This document shows positions 25,885-35,828 of a DNA stretch of 51,909 nt, piece after piece. Origin of the DNA: a virus. Lineage: Duplodnaviria > Caudoviricetes. The notes beneath the pieces were generated by a model that did no database searches, had not been told where the DNA came from, and saw only the letters and a program-made list of their open reading frames with translations. Made by a program: the position numbers and the translations under genes. The stretch is from IMG/VR virus record IMGVR_UViG_3300025965_000001, positions 1 to 51,909 of that record; one strand, written 5' to 3'. Position 1 is the stretch's first letter; every line of letters starts with the position of its first letter.

Positions 25885-26595
25885 GTGTGGCCTTACAACG
25901 ACGCATTTCCCGGTGGGACTGTAGGAATACCCTGCGGTACGACGCCGCGTTACCTCGATTTCGAGCATTCAATCGAGGGACTACGGGTGCCGGTAGGGAC
26001 ACATTCTTTTAGGATGCCCGGCTCAAATGTGACACTCAACATGGAGACGATTCTAAGCCAGATGAAAGGCGATTGGTTGTTTATCATGGGCGACGATCAT
26101 ACATTCGAGCCGGACCTGCTTTATAACCTACTTGCCCGCGATGTTGACGTGATAGTGCCGCTTTGCTCACGCCGTGGCCCGCCGTTTCTGCCGGTTCTCT
26201 ATAAAGACTTGGACATTGATAAGGGGATTTGCGAAGCCTACCGCTGGGAAGAACTGAATTATCTCTCCGGGGTTATTCCGGTGGCCGGTGCAGGTTCGGC
26301 TGGAATGCTTATTAAAAAACGCGTGTTTGAGGAGATCCCATCGCCAGTATTCGAAAATCTCGTGACGCCTGATGGCAAAGTAGCTGGTGAGGACGTGAGC
26401 TTGTCTCATAAGATAAACAAAGCGGGCTTTCAAATTTGGGCCGACATGGATCAGGTGATGGGCCATATTAGCCCGGTGGACTTACGCCCGAAACGGAACG
26501 GTAACGGCTGGGAGATCACCGGAATATTCGGTCAGCGCCGCACGGCGGACGGACTAGAGGATATGGCTGTCAAGATGACTTGGGACGATAAATGA
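25885..26595 (+). CDS. Glycosyltransferase, GT-A fold (GT2-like)
   Basis: WLFIMGDDH (DxD-like), AGSAGMLIKKRVFE, GEDVSLS, GFQIWAD...GH. Confidence 0.85.
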   Translation: MWPYNDAFPGGTVGIPCGTTPRYLDFEHSIEGLRVPVGTHSFRMPGSNVTLNMETILSQMKGDWLFIMGDDHTFEPDLLYNLLARDVDVIVPLCSRRGPPFLPVLYKDLDIDKGICEAYRWEELNYLSGVIPVAGAGSAGMLIKKRVFEEIPSPVFENLVTPDGKVAGEDVSLSHKINKAGFQIWADMDQVMGHISPVDLRPKRNGNGWEITGIFGQRRTADGLEDMAVKMTWDDK

Positions 26596-27644
26596 AACCT
26601 GGGCATTGTGCAATTTGCGGTAGTCAAACGAGGGATGATCGTTCGGTTCATTGTCGCAAGTGTTTCAAAATTCCGAGACGGCTTGATCCAAGCTCAACAA
26701 CAAAATGTTGCACGAAATGCAAATCGGTCAAACCGATAGCAGCATTTAATAAACGCACAGCGGGTTACGATCCGAATATAAGGCTCCCCGAGTCGGTTTG
26801 TAGGATTTGCAAAAAGAAAAGTTATTCTAACCGCACATACTCAACACGTAAAGCATTAAAGGCGCGTTTGGCTGCTATTGAATTTTATTCACAAGGTAAA
26901 AATTTCTGTGCTTGTTGCGGTGAGAATCGTATAGAATTTTTGTCATTAGATCATATGAGAGGCGACGGTGCGCAACAGCGAAGAGACAATCGCAAACAGC
27001 GTCACAGTTTGCCTAATTGGTTGAGAGTAAATAATTATCCGCCGGGTTTTCAGGTTCTCTGTTACAATTGTAACTTCGCCAAGAGACAAAAAGAAAAATG
27101 CCCTCATCATAAATGGCCCGGCGTAATGATTCGTCAATTTTGTGACATTCACGGCACCGCTGAAATAGGGGAAGGAACCGAGATTTGGAATTATGTCAGT
27201 GTGTGCGCAGGAGCGAAACTCGGAACGAGTGTTGTTGTTGGTTCAAGCTGCTGGATCGGCAAAGGAACGGTGATCGGAAATAATTCCAGGTTGCAGACTG
27301 GCGTTTTTCTTCCTAATAACTCGATTTTGGGAGAAAATGTTTTTTGTGGACCTCATGTTATCGCTACTGATGATAAATATCCTCGCGTCGGCAATCACGA
27401 TTATAATGCACAACCCCCAAATTTAAAAAGCAATTGTTCTTTAGGTGCTAGTGCAGTGATTTTGCCGGGAATAACTGTTGGTGAATTTGCAGTGGTTGGG
27501 GCGGGTGCGGTTGTTACCCATGATGTAGAGCCGCATACTATCGTTGTTGGATCGCCCGCTATTCCGATAAGCGCAATGCAATCTCCCAGTGATAGAGAAA
27601 TGTTGAAGCGATGGTATCAAACAATACAGGAGTCAAGGATATGA
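26592..27644 (+). CDS. Fusion of HNH endonuclease and hexapeptide-repeat sugar N-acetyltransferase
   Basis: N-half CACCGE...LSLDH...FQVLCYNCN; C-half IGEGTEIW..., GPHVIATDDKYP, GAGAVVTHDV...VVGSPA. Confidence 0.85.
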   Translation: MKPGHCAICGSQTRDDRSVHCRKCFKIPRRLDPSSTTKCCTKCKSVKPIAAFNKRTAGYDPNIRLPESVCRICKKKSYSNRTYSTRKALKARLAAIEFYSQGKNFCACCGENRIEFLSLDHMRGDGAQQRRDNRKQRHSLPNWLRVNNYPPGFQVLCYNCNFAKRQKEKCPHHKWPGVMIRQFCDIHGTAEIGEGTEIWNYVSVCAGAKLGTSVVVGSSCWIGKGTVIGNNSRLQTGVFLPNNSILGENVFCGPHVIATDDKYPRVGNHDYNAQPPNLKSNCSLGASAVILPGITVGEFAVVGAGAVVTHDVEPHTIVVGSPAIPISAMQSPSDREMLKRWYQTIQESRI

Positions 27645-28462
27645 GCCACGAAGCGGAAACTGAGTATTATCTCAACAAGGTTAAGCAGGTAAAAAACGAG
27701 GCGAAGGACGGCCAGCTTGTAAAGACCGCCACCCGCTACATGACATGGACGGAACGGGAGCGTAAGAAGGCCGAACTTAGTCGCACAGAGGAGCAGATGG
27801 CGCCGGACAACTTCGCTAAGGCATCCATCACTCAGCAAGGCAGGAGCAATATAACCCGCTACGTGCAGCACTTGAAACGCGACCTCGAAGCCAACTCGCC
27901 GCCTACCGACATTTCGGGCGAGACTAAAAACGCGCTCTATCAGGAAGAGAAGCGGCTTGAAGCCGACATCCGCGAGGGCATGCTTCCCGTTGAGGTAATG
28001 AGGCGCAACCCTACCGGGGCGGTGAGCCATCACACGCGGTGGGAGAAAGAGAAAAAGGAGAAAATCCTAGCCTGGAAAAATATACGGCGGGTTCTCAACC
28101 CGAATGATGAGAGCGAGGATCTAGCCAATGTGGAGATGATTCGGCCGACTATGGCTGCACCGGGCGATGCTTCGACATTTATGGCCGATGCACAGATCCC
28201 CGGCGTGTTCGCCATGACGCCGCAGGCTAAGGAGAATTGGCCACTAGGCGAGCCCAAGATTGACACGCCGCTAAAGCAGGCAGAGCGACGGGAACTAGAG
28301 GAAGAGGAGAAAAAAGAACTGGAAGAACTCCGGGCTATGAAAAGGATCGTGGATCAAAAGAGAGAAAAACAAAGACAGAACGGGGTCCGATTGGCAGCAA
28401 GGGCGCAAGCGGCTAGGGAAAAACGGCTAGCGAAGGAAATAGCGCAAGGACCGCAGGAATAA
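27641..28462 (+). CDS. Hypothetical charged/coiled-coil protein
   Basis: AGGAG RBS; long ORF in structural operon. Confidence 0.65.
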   Translation: MSHEAETEYYLNKVKQVKNEAKDGQLVKTATRYMTWTERERKKAELSRTEEQMAPDNFAKASITQQGRSNITRYVQHLKRDLEANSPPTDISGETKNALYQEEKRLEADIREGMLPVEVMRRNPTGAVSHHTRWEKEKKEKILAWKNIRRVLNPNDESEDLANVEMIRPTMAAPGDASTFMADAQIPGVFAMTPQAKENWPLGEPKIDTPLKQAERRELEEEEKKELEELRAMKRIVDQKREKQRQNGVRLAARAQAAREKRLAKEIAQGPQE

Positions 28463-29109
28463 TGTCAATCTATGACCGCTTACTCGGCACAGCGGAACCC
28501 AAGCTGCTTGTCCATTCTTTCATGGGCTTGGTGGGCGAGTTTAACCGAGGCAAACTAACCGCTGCCGAAATCTTTACCATTCTTGGCGCCGATGCCTCGG
28601 AACAAGCAGAACTAGCGACCTTACTTGCTAAAGCTGTCCCGCCCGTCGAAACGATCTCCCTCGGTTCTTTAGTTACTCTTACCAACGTCGGCACTGCATA
28701 CGATAATATTCAAGGCTTGCCGATGGCGCGTGTGCAAACAGCCGGGATAACGTCAATCGAGTTTACAGTGCGTGTCAACAAAGTTGGCAGCGGTACGCAA
28801 TCGTGGCAGCTATGGAATGAGACGGACGCGGCCGAGACAACGGTGATAGACGACAACGGCGCTACTGGAATCAAGATACTTACTACCACGAGGACATTCC
28901 CTGCGCCTTTAACGGCTGCGCTGAAGACTTTTCGCATCCGGGCTAAGAGCACGACGGCGCAAGACGACCCAGTATATCTTGGCGGCTGCGTGATGGTGAC
29001 GCGAAAGGAAGTGCTTACTCAGGACGTGTTGCACGAGCTTTTGCTGTTGGCTGAGAGTCGCTATGCTTATGATACGGTGGCAACATTGAAAGCTAGGCTT
29101 GGTGTCTGA
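28462..29109 (+). CDS. Putative virion protein
   Basis: Coupled ORF; central beta-sandwich flanked by helical ends. Confidence 0.55.
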   Translation: MSIYDRLLGTAEPKLLVHSFMGLVGEFNRGKLTAAEIFTILGADASEQAELATLLAKAVPPVETISLGSLVTLTNVGTAYDNIQGLPMARVQTAGITSIEFTVRVNKVGSGTQSWQLWNETDAAETTVIDDNGATGIKILTTTRTFPAPLTAALKTFRIRAKSTTAQDDPVYLGGCVMVTRKEVLTQDVLHELLLLAESRYAYDTVATLKARLGV

Positions 29110-30398
29110 TGGCTGTCAGAGTGGGCAGGGCTACCGAGGTCTGGTTAGCCAGCCAAGGCGCGACAACTAACATTGACGTGAATGTTGGGTTTACGCCCAC
29201 GGCAGGAAAATATGCCGTCTTTGCTTTTATGTCCGGCGCTAGCGCGTCCACGGATACAACCGGCGCCCATTTGCTAAACGTGAGTTGGGGGTTTGCAACA
29301 TCGGCAAGTTCCCGCCGCTCTACTTGCGGTTATTCAGCTCTGGGCAGCTCGTCGTCATCTTGCGGAAAGGCGTGCCGCAACGATGCCATTTTATCCGCTT
29401 GTGACGCGGGTACTATAAATGCCTTACTCGATTTTGGCGGTGAAATCACAAATGGCGTTAGGTTCACGGTCGATGACCAAGCGCTCGCTGATTATAGATT
29501 TAACGTCATAGTAATTGATGGTCTAACTAGCGCAGGCATTAGCGATGTACTATCTCCGGCGGCAACTGGAAACTTTAATCACACGCTTCCGATTGCCGAT
29601 CCCGAATTGTTGATTTTTCTGTCAGCCGGACCATTCACAGCATTTCCATACTTTGCGACCTCGTTACAAATGTCGCTCGGCGCCGCCCATGCCGACGGTC
29701 AGTTCGCTACGGGAATCGTAAGCCGAACCGCGCAGCCGACCATGAGCACATTTCATTATTCTAACCACAACGAATGTGCCGTTAGCGTGGGCACTACGGG
29801 ACTCGGAGTTGAACGGCTTTCGTGGGTAAGCACAAGCGGAACGACATTGACCCTGAACTGCTTGGAGCGGCAGGGCACCAGCAACATTCACTGCTGCTTG
29901 TCGATGAAAGGGATTGAGGCAACGGTTCAAAACGGTTTGACACAGACGGACACGACAACAGCAATACCGATAACCGGGTTAGCAAGTACGTGTCTAGGTG
30001 GGCTGATTGTGTCCACCTGCGAGGCAGAATCGACGCAGGATACTCCGACTGCACACAATCATTTGTCAATCGGTTCATTTATCGCGACTGATAATCGCGG
30101 ATCACATGGAATATGGGACGAGAACGGCACAGCCAATTCTGAGCCGGCGACGAGCGTGGATTACGATGCCGTATATACAAACATCTCAAGCGGTGATGCG
30201 CAGGTGGGAACCATGGACGTCCAGAGTATGGACTCAGGCGGCGCGACATTCATCATGGACGATGCCGACCCTGCGCAAACTTGGTTTGGGGCGATTCTCT
30301 TCGCCGATGTAGCGGCGGCGCCGTCTCGCACGAAATTGAATACACGGTCCTATCCGCTGGGAACGGAGATAGGGATGGGCTGGAGATTAAATTTGTGA
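29109..30398 (+). CDS. Putative virion structural protein (Ser/Thr/Gly-rich beta protein)
   Basis: VGFTP motif, repeated SxGxA segments; coupled ORF. Confidence 0.6.
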   Translation: MAVRVGRATEVWLASQGATTNIDVNVGFTPTAGKYAVFAFMSGASASTDTTGAHLLNVSWGFATSASSRRSTCGYSALGSSSSSCGKACRNDAILSACDAGTINALLDFGGEITNGVRFTVDDQALADYRFNVIVIDGLTSAGISDVLSPAATGNFNHTLPIADPELLIFLSAGPFTAFPYFATSLQMSLGAAHADGQFATGIVSRTAQPTMSTFHYSNHNECAVSVGTTGLGVERLSWVSTSGTTLTLNCLERQGTSNIHCCLSMKGIEATVQNGLTQTDTTTAIPITGLASTCLGGLIVSTCEAESTQDTPTAHNHLSIGSFIATDNRGSHGIWDENGTANSEPATSVDYDAVYTNISSGDAQVGTMDVQSMDSGGATFIMDDADPAQTWFGAILFADVAAAPSRTKLNTRSYPLGTEIGMGWRLNL

Positions 30399-31321
30399 AC
30401 ATTCAAAAGTGGATGAAGAAAGAGAATAGTGGCCTCGCGCGTACCACGCTTGAACTGGCAAAGTACACGGAGCGGGCCGGGCATAGCGTGTGCGTCAAAG
30501 AGCCTGGGGATGGGAAAGTACTCTACGGCATGGCGCGCGATCCCGATTTGCACACGATTCATTCACAGTTGAACCCGGATGCCTTCTTCGACAAGAAGCC
30601 CAAAATGATGTGGATGCACGGCGAACCATTAAGCAGTGTCGGCAACGGTGTCAGCATGAAAGCGATATGTGACCTAGCGCCCAAAGTCGATGCTTTCATG
30701 TGCATGCGCAAAGACGAGTATCCGATCTGGTCAAGTATCAAGCGGACCTACCTCGTGGATAAAGGAATTGACCTGGAGTTTTACTTTCCTATCGCTGGCA
30801 GTGAAAAGTTAGACGGGGAACCATCGGTTCTCTACTGTGAGAACTGGAGGCGGGAGAGAAACCCGCTTTATCTTTGTATGGCGATGGAAAAAGTTTGGCA
30901 GAAGTTACCCAGGGCCCGGCTTCATCTCTACAACTGCACCGATCAGAAAATGCAGCAGACATTCCATGCACTCAGTAAAAACAATAAGTGGTGGGCGTTT
31001 CTCGGCAGTCTCAAAGGGCCGGTCGATATCAAGGAAATCAACGCACTCTATAATCGCGCCGACATCGTTGTCTCTTGTCTCTTCCCGCTCTACGCCCGAA
31101 GTATTGAAGCTTTCGGTGCGGGCAAAGCGTTTATTGGCCCAGGTTATAAAGAACATGATTATCCTTGGCAATGTGATCTCAGCCCGGACTCTATGGCGGA
31201 AACGATCATCAAGTGTTGGGAGAATTATGATCAGATAGATTATCGTACTTGGGCCGAGAAGCACCACAACGTGGAAAAGACGGTAGAGCAATCCCTTGGA
31301 ATCTACAGCAAGTATTTATAG
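30395..31321 (+). CDS. Glycosyltransferase, GT-B fold (GT4-like)
   Basis: SGLART, MHGEP, KGIDLEFYFP, LYNRADIVVS...SIEAFGAGK. Confidence 0.85.
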   Translation: MNIQKWMKKENSGLARTTLELAKYTERAGHSVCVKEPGDGKVLYGMARDPDLHTIHSQLNPDAFFDKKPKMMWMHGEPLSSVGNGVSMKAICDLAPKVDAFMCMRKDEYPIWSSIKRTYLVDKGIDLEFYFPIAGSEKLDGEPSVLYCENWRRERNPLYLCMAMEKVWQKLPRARLHLYNCTDQKMQQTFHALSKNNKWWAFLGSLKGPVDIKEINALYNRADIVVSCLFPLYARSIEAFGAGKAFIGPGYKEHDYPWQCDLSPDSMAETIIKCWENYDQIDYRTWAEKHHNVEKTVEQSLGIYSKYL

Positions 31322-31904
31322 CCTGCTCCAGCCCTACTCGGAGACACCCGAGTACGCGGAGAAAATGATGCACCGCATACCGGATGCTCCGGTGGTTGAG
31401 CGTGAATTGTTCATTGTGAAGCGGTGTAAAGGCAAGCGCGTTGTCAATTTTGGTTCGTCTAGCGGGCCGCTCCACGGATTATTAAAGAGAGTGGCAACAG
31501 GATTGACGGGCGTAGACAAGGCCGGCGATCCCGATGTGAAGATCGATCTCGACGATGAGCATTACAACCTTCAGGCTTTGCCAGCCGCTCAGGTTTATGT
31601 ATGCGGCGAGATCCTTGAACATCTACTTGCGCCCGGTTTTTTTCTTCGCCGTCTTCATTGGCACATGCAACACAAAGGATTAGAAGGCGCTGAATTGATT
31701 GTCACAGTTCCTAACGCAATGGGGTTCATTGCTTCACCTGCAGCGAGGCAGGGAATAGAAAATTGCAACAAGGATCATGTGGCTTGGTACAGCTACCGAA
31801 CGATAAAAACGCTCTTGGAGAAAACAGGTTTCGAGATCAGAGAGTTTGCCTGGTATCACGGCAAGCCGGTCTTTGCTGAGGGGTTGGTGGTGGTGGCAAC
31901 ATGA
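31296..31904 (+). CDS. Class I SAM-dependent methyltransferase-like protein
   Basis: KGKRVVNFGSSSG, GVD, CGEILEHL..PG, IVTVPNA, HVAWYS...LLEKTGF. Confidence 0.85.
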   Translation: MESTASIYSLLQPYSETPEYAEKMMHRIPDAPVVERELFIVKRCKGKRVVNFGSSSGPLHGLLKRVATGLTGVDKAGDPDVKIDLDDEHYNLQALPAAQVYVCGEILEHLLAPGFFLRRLHWHMQHKGLEGAELIVTVPNAMGFIASPAARQGIENCNKDHVAWYSYRTIKTLLEKTGFEIREFAWYHGKPVFAEGLVVVAT

Positions 31905-34378
31905 GCCAAAAGATGTTCCAGGGCCGGACTTTGAACCACTTAACGTGGGTCATGGTCGATTCAACCGACTTTGCTACCCCAGAGAGCGCCCTTTCTACGG
32001 CTAAGATAATGGCCTATGGAAAACTCCGCTCAACGTCCCTTGTCTATTTTGTCAGTAGCGGAACGGGTTCAATGGTTGGCGGTGACATTAAGCATGTTGG
32101 GCTTTCTGCGACGGGCGTCTATACGGTGCCGTTGGCTAAGGGCGATCTCTCCGATGCATCGGCGGCATGGTACGACCAATATACTTTCATCATTACCGGC
32201 ACAGGCGCGGCCCAGCAGGTTCTAGTTTGTGAGGGTATTTTATCCGCCGCAGACGTTGAACGTCTTTCCGCCCTTGTCAGCGACGTGCAATCCGCTGTTG
32301 CTGTAGGCGCAGCCGGTGTCACGGTATCGAATATCTCAGACATTGCCTCAGCGGTATGGGCCGCGAAGTATACCGGCAACTCGGTTGCAAGTTCTTTCGG
32401 TTCCATGATGAGCGATCTATACTCGCGGCTTGTCAAGACGCAGAGCAATGCTTTACAGGCATCTTCTAGAGCCAGTGACATACGGTCAAGGATTGACTCG
32501 GCCTCTTTTCTATCCGACATAGCTAGTCACGTGTGGACGGCTAAATACACCGGGCTGAGCGCCGCTAGTTCTTTCGGTTCTCTTTTGAGCGATATCAATT
32601 CGAGGATTAAGGGCAACAGTGATTTCTTATCCAAGATGAGTGACATGTGGAGCAATACCCGGACGGTTGCCATTCAGACGAACTCCCGAGTCAGCCATCT
32701 CCGCTCCCGAGTTGATAGCGCATCTTTTCTTAGCGACATCGCTTCCCACGTATGGACGGCAACCTATACGAACTTGAGCGCAGCCGGCTCCTTTGGCTCT
32801 CTTCTTAGCGATATGAACTCGCGCATTAAGGGAAACTCCGACTTCTTGTCCAAGATGAGCGATGTCTGGTCTGATACGCTTGTGGCGGCTAATGCTGCCG
32901 CTTCTCGAACAACGCAAATCTTAAATGAAGCCGATAACGATCAATCGGTGCTGGTTTCACGATTGAGAATCATCAGCACATTGACGAAAGGTACTTCTGA
33001 TTTTCTCTCTAAGATGTCAGACGTATGGTCAGATACCCTCGTTGCTGCAACACAAGGAGCATCGCGAGCAAGTGATATTCGGTCGCGCATGGATTCAGCC
33101 AGTTACCTTTCCGATATTGCATCGCATGTATGGACAGCTAAGTACACCGCTTTGTCCGCTCCCTCTTCTTTTGGCTCTCTAATGAGCGATATTCGCTCGG
33201 CGGTGGGAGCAATCAATGTCAGCATTGGGCCTTCGGAGATATCCGACATTGCTTCTGCAGTTGCCGCAGGACTGACCGGCGTTACCCCAAGCGATATTGG
33301 CAATATAGCTACGCGAGTATGGTCCGACTTTCAGTCTAAGGTGGGGAGATCGGTAAGTGATGTTATGTCGGACTTGCTCAATACGGCTAGCGACGTACAG
33401 TCGGCAGTGGCGCTCATCCCGAAATCCGATGGTGCCTTATTGTTCAATGTGTTCGCCGTGGGCGATATCAAGGCCGGCTTGGCTACTCAGGCCGTTGTAC
33501 TTTCCAACTTCTCAGACCTCTACGAATTGCTTAGTGACGTTGACTCCGCGGCGAATAGCCAGTTTACGATTCTCGGCTCTCGGATGAATTTAGCCAATTC
33601 CCGCTTGCTGGTGAATCAGTCAACGGCCAGCAATATCTATGAATTAATTTCGGACATGGATTCAGCTTTGACTTCCCAGGCCGCTTTTGTGAACGCACAC
33701 ATTTCATCCGGCTTTGATAAAATTTACTCCGATGTGAGCGATCTCGATTCCGCCCTCGCCAGCCAGTTTGTTATCACCAACTCTCAACTAGACGTAAACG
33801 TCATTACGGTAAATGACATTTACAGTCTATTGTCGGCGGTGAACAGTGACATCGGCGCCAGAATACCCAAGGAAGTGGCGGCCCGTAGCCAGTTGTCAGA
33901 TTTGGCGAGCGATCTCAAATCGGCGATAGCAGCGGGCGGCAGCACTTCAGCCATTTATGCTATGCTTTCTGATTTCCAGTCGGACTTTCAAAGCAGAGTA
34001 CCCAAAGAAGTTGCTTCGGCAAGTGCTCTTACAGTAGCCAAAAATAGCATTTATTCGATGTTGAGTGATGTGAGTTCCGACATCGGCGTTATGAGCGGAG
34101 TTTTGTCCGATACTTATTCTGCTATTGGTGCTATCACGGTAGACGGAAATGCCATTGCGGACGCTATCCTTGATCGCGACATGGCGGCGGGTGCTGACAC
34201 CGGAACGGCGTTAAAACGCACACCTCGACAAGCGCTGCGTTTTCTCCGTAATAAATGGTCAGTAGTTGGGGCAGGATTGAAGGTCTTCAAGGAAGATGAC
34301 ACAACGGAGAGCTGGTCGGCTACATTAGCAACTACACCGGGGGCTGATCCAATAACGGGCAACGATCCAGAGGGGTAA
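31901..34378 (+). CDS. Ser/Asp-rich repeat fibre-like virion protein
   Basis: Four SDIASxVWxAxYT...SSFGS repeats, heptad SD-rich coil, C-terminal AIADAILDRD...RQALRFLRNK. Confidence 0.7.
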   Translation: MSQKMFQGRTLNHLTWVMVDSTDFATPESALSTAKIMAYGKLRSTSLVYFVSSGTGSMVGGDIKHVGLSATGVYTVPLAKGDLSDASAAWYDQYTFIITGTGAAQQVLVCEGILSAADVERLSALVSDVQSAVAVGAAGVTVSNISDIASAVWAAKYTGNSVASSFGSMMSDLYSRLVKTQSNALQASSRASDIRSRIDSASFLSDIASHVWTAKYTGLSAASSFGSLLSDINSRIKGNSDFLSKMSDMWSNTRTVAIQTNSRVSHLRSRVDSASFLSDIASHVWTATYTNLSAAGSFGSLLSDMNSRIKGNSDFLSKMSDVWSDTLVAANAAASRTTQILNEADNDQSVLVSRLRIISTLTKGTSDFLSKMSDVWSDTLVAATQGASRASDIRSRMDSASYLSDIASHVWTAKYTALSAPSSFGSLMSDIRSAVGAINVSIGPSEISDIASAVAAGLTGVTPSDIGNIATRVWSDFQSKVGRSVSDVMSDLLNTASDVQSAVALIPKSDGALLFNVFAVGDIKAGLATQAVVLSNFSDLYELLSDVDSAANSQFTILGSRMNLANSRLLVNQSTASNIYELISDMDSALTSQAAFVNAHISSGFDKIYSDVSDLDSALASQFVITNSQLDVNVITVNDIYSLLSAVNSDIGARIPKEVAARSQLSDLASDLKSAIAAGGSTSAIYAMLSDFQSDFQSRVPKEVASASALTVAKNSIYSMLSDVSSDIGVMSGVLSDTYSAIGAITVDGNAIADAILDRDMAAGADTGTALKRTPRQALRFLRNKWSVVGAGLKVFKEDDTTESWSATLATTPGADPITGNDPEG

Positions 34379-34379
34379 A

Positions 34380-34553
34380 ATGATCGGCTTTAGATCTCCG
34401 CAATTTCCGCTGGCGCTATCGGCGGTTAGAATATTCGGCTTTCGTTCGCCTTTGTTTTTTTTGGGCATAGCATCGACGGGGATTCCGCTATTAATTACAT
34501 CGCATCCACACTATAATGTCTTTGCCGCAAGGCGGCATAGAGGGAGGCACTAG
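34380..34553 (+). CDS. Small protein (57 aa) with duplicated GFRSP motif
   Basis: Own translation MIGFRSPQFPLALSAVRIFGFRSPLFFLG...; GAGGGG RBS. Confidence 0.5.
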   Translation: MIGFRSPQFPLALSAVRIFGFRSPLFFLGIASTGIPLLITSHPHYNVFAARRHRGRH

Positions 34554-34671
34554 GTTGGATAGAGCACCGCGAGGCGTGAAGTACGCGGATCATGCAAGAA
34601 ATGTAATTTAACCAGTATGCAAAAATATCGACGAAAGTTGATACAGACCGGAGAAAGGCAGGGATAAGACC

Positions 34672-35718
34672 ATCGCGTGGCCATACATATTTTGTAGTGG
34701 GTGGGAGACTGGCGCTCACGGCGTGACTGCTTCGAGTGGTACATTAATTGATTACCCGCATTTTTCCAAACTCGCCAACTCAGGATTAGCACCCTACCGA
34801 GGCGCATACTGTTTACGGGTTCAACTCAATGGAGGTGTCACGGATCAATACTGCCGGGAGGACACGTTATTTGATGACTGGACGGCCGGCCCTACCGACC
34901 GTTGGTTACGCTTCTACTTCTATCTTTCTAAAGACTTCAACATGGCTGACGCCGATCTTTTCTCAATGTTCGAGGCGGAATCGACCTTAAACACAACGAC
35001 GCGCGTTGCCTGCGGTATTCTTAGAAACGGTGCAAACCTATACTATTGGGCTAACAACTTACGCGGCAGCGTAGTCCCGGCAACAGATGGAATCAATATG
35101 GGCACGCTTGCTGCGGGCACTAACTGTGCTCTTGGCAAGTGGTGGTGTGCTGAGGTAGCGGGCCATTTAGCTGGCGGTGCTGCAGGTACAATTGATTTCT
35201 ATCTCAACGGCACGGCAGGCACTCAGGTTGCCGGACTCACTCAGACGGCGATTGTAGATGCCAAAATAGGCGTCCTTGGTCCGATGGCGGGCACCTCGGG
35301 AACTGTTCTCATTGATGACTTTATCTACGACGACACTGGTCGTATTTATCCCGACGCCACGCGCTACCGGATCTTAAACGTAGTGCAGCGACAAGCCTCG
35401 GACCACATCGTCCTTGGCCCCGGCCGCCTATCCTGCGCGGTGCAGGGAACGGGCGCCGCTGGCAATGCCACGCTCTATCTCTATGATACCGACGCTGTAC
35501 CAGGCACAACGAACACACCAACGCCGTTTTTGTTTATGACTAACACCGTGGCGCAAGAGTTTATTCCCGGTCACGACATTTTTGAGTTTGAGAAGGGTTG
35601 TTATTCGGTGATGGGCGGCACTGCGGCACAAGCATACTTTTCGATCAGCCGCGGTGGGTTAGTGAGCGATGCCAGTGTGATAGCCTACGGATTACGGACA
35701 GGACGTCCAAGACCTTAA
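34672..35718 (+). CDS. Putative virion protein with lectin/ConA-like fold; probable ATC start
   Basis: Frame open from ATC 34672 (AWPYIFCSGWETG) with AGGGA upstream; WLRFYFYL, WWCAEV, LIDDFIYDD. Confidence 0.6.
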   Translation: MAWPYIFCSGWETGAHGVTASSGTLIDYPHFSKLANSGLAPYRGAYCLRVQLNGGVTDQYCREDTLFDDWTAGPTDRWLRFYFYLSKDFNMADADLFSMFEAESTLNTTTRVACGILRNGANLYYWANNLRGSVVPATDGINMGTLAAGTNCALGKWWCAEVAGHLAGGAAGTIDFYLNGTAGTQVAGLTQTAIVDAKIGVLGPMAGTSGTVLIDDFIYDDTGRIYPDATRYRILNVVQRQASDHIVLGPGRLSCAVQGTGAAGNATLYLYDTDAVPGTTNTPTPFLFMTNTVAQEFIPGHDIFEFEKGCYSVMGGTAAQAYFSISRGGLVSDASVIAYGLRTGRPRP

Positions 35719-35828
35719 ACCGGGAGGGTGCAGCCGCATAGGGCGTTAAATGGGGCGACCATCTATGCAATGGTTATAAATAGACCTACAGCCCCTTGGT
35801 TTAAGATGGAGCGCGAAAGAGGTGAACC

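Noticed and set aside
31901-34378. DGR template/variable repeats
   Set aside because: Repeats are in-frame, differ at synonymous positions rather than at adenines, and no reverse transcriptase is present.
34560-34670. CKKC-containing fragment as a gene
   Set aside because: No start codon before the motif; at most an HNH remnant.
35720-35800. Intergenic stems (GGGGC/GCCCC, GACCAT/ATGGTT) as ncRNA or tRNA
   Set aside because: Stems are short, with no cloverleaf or T-loop; insufficient support.
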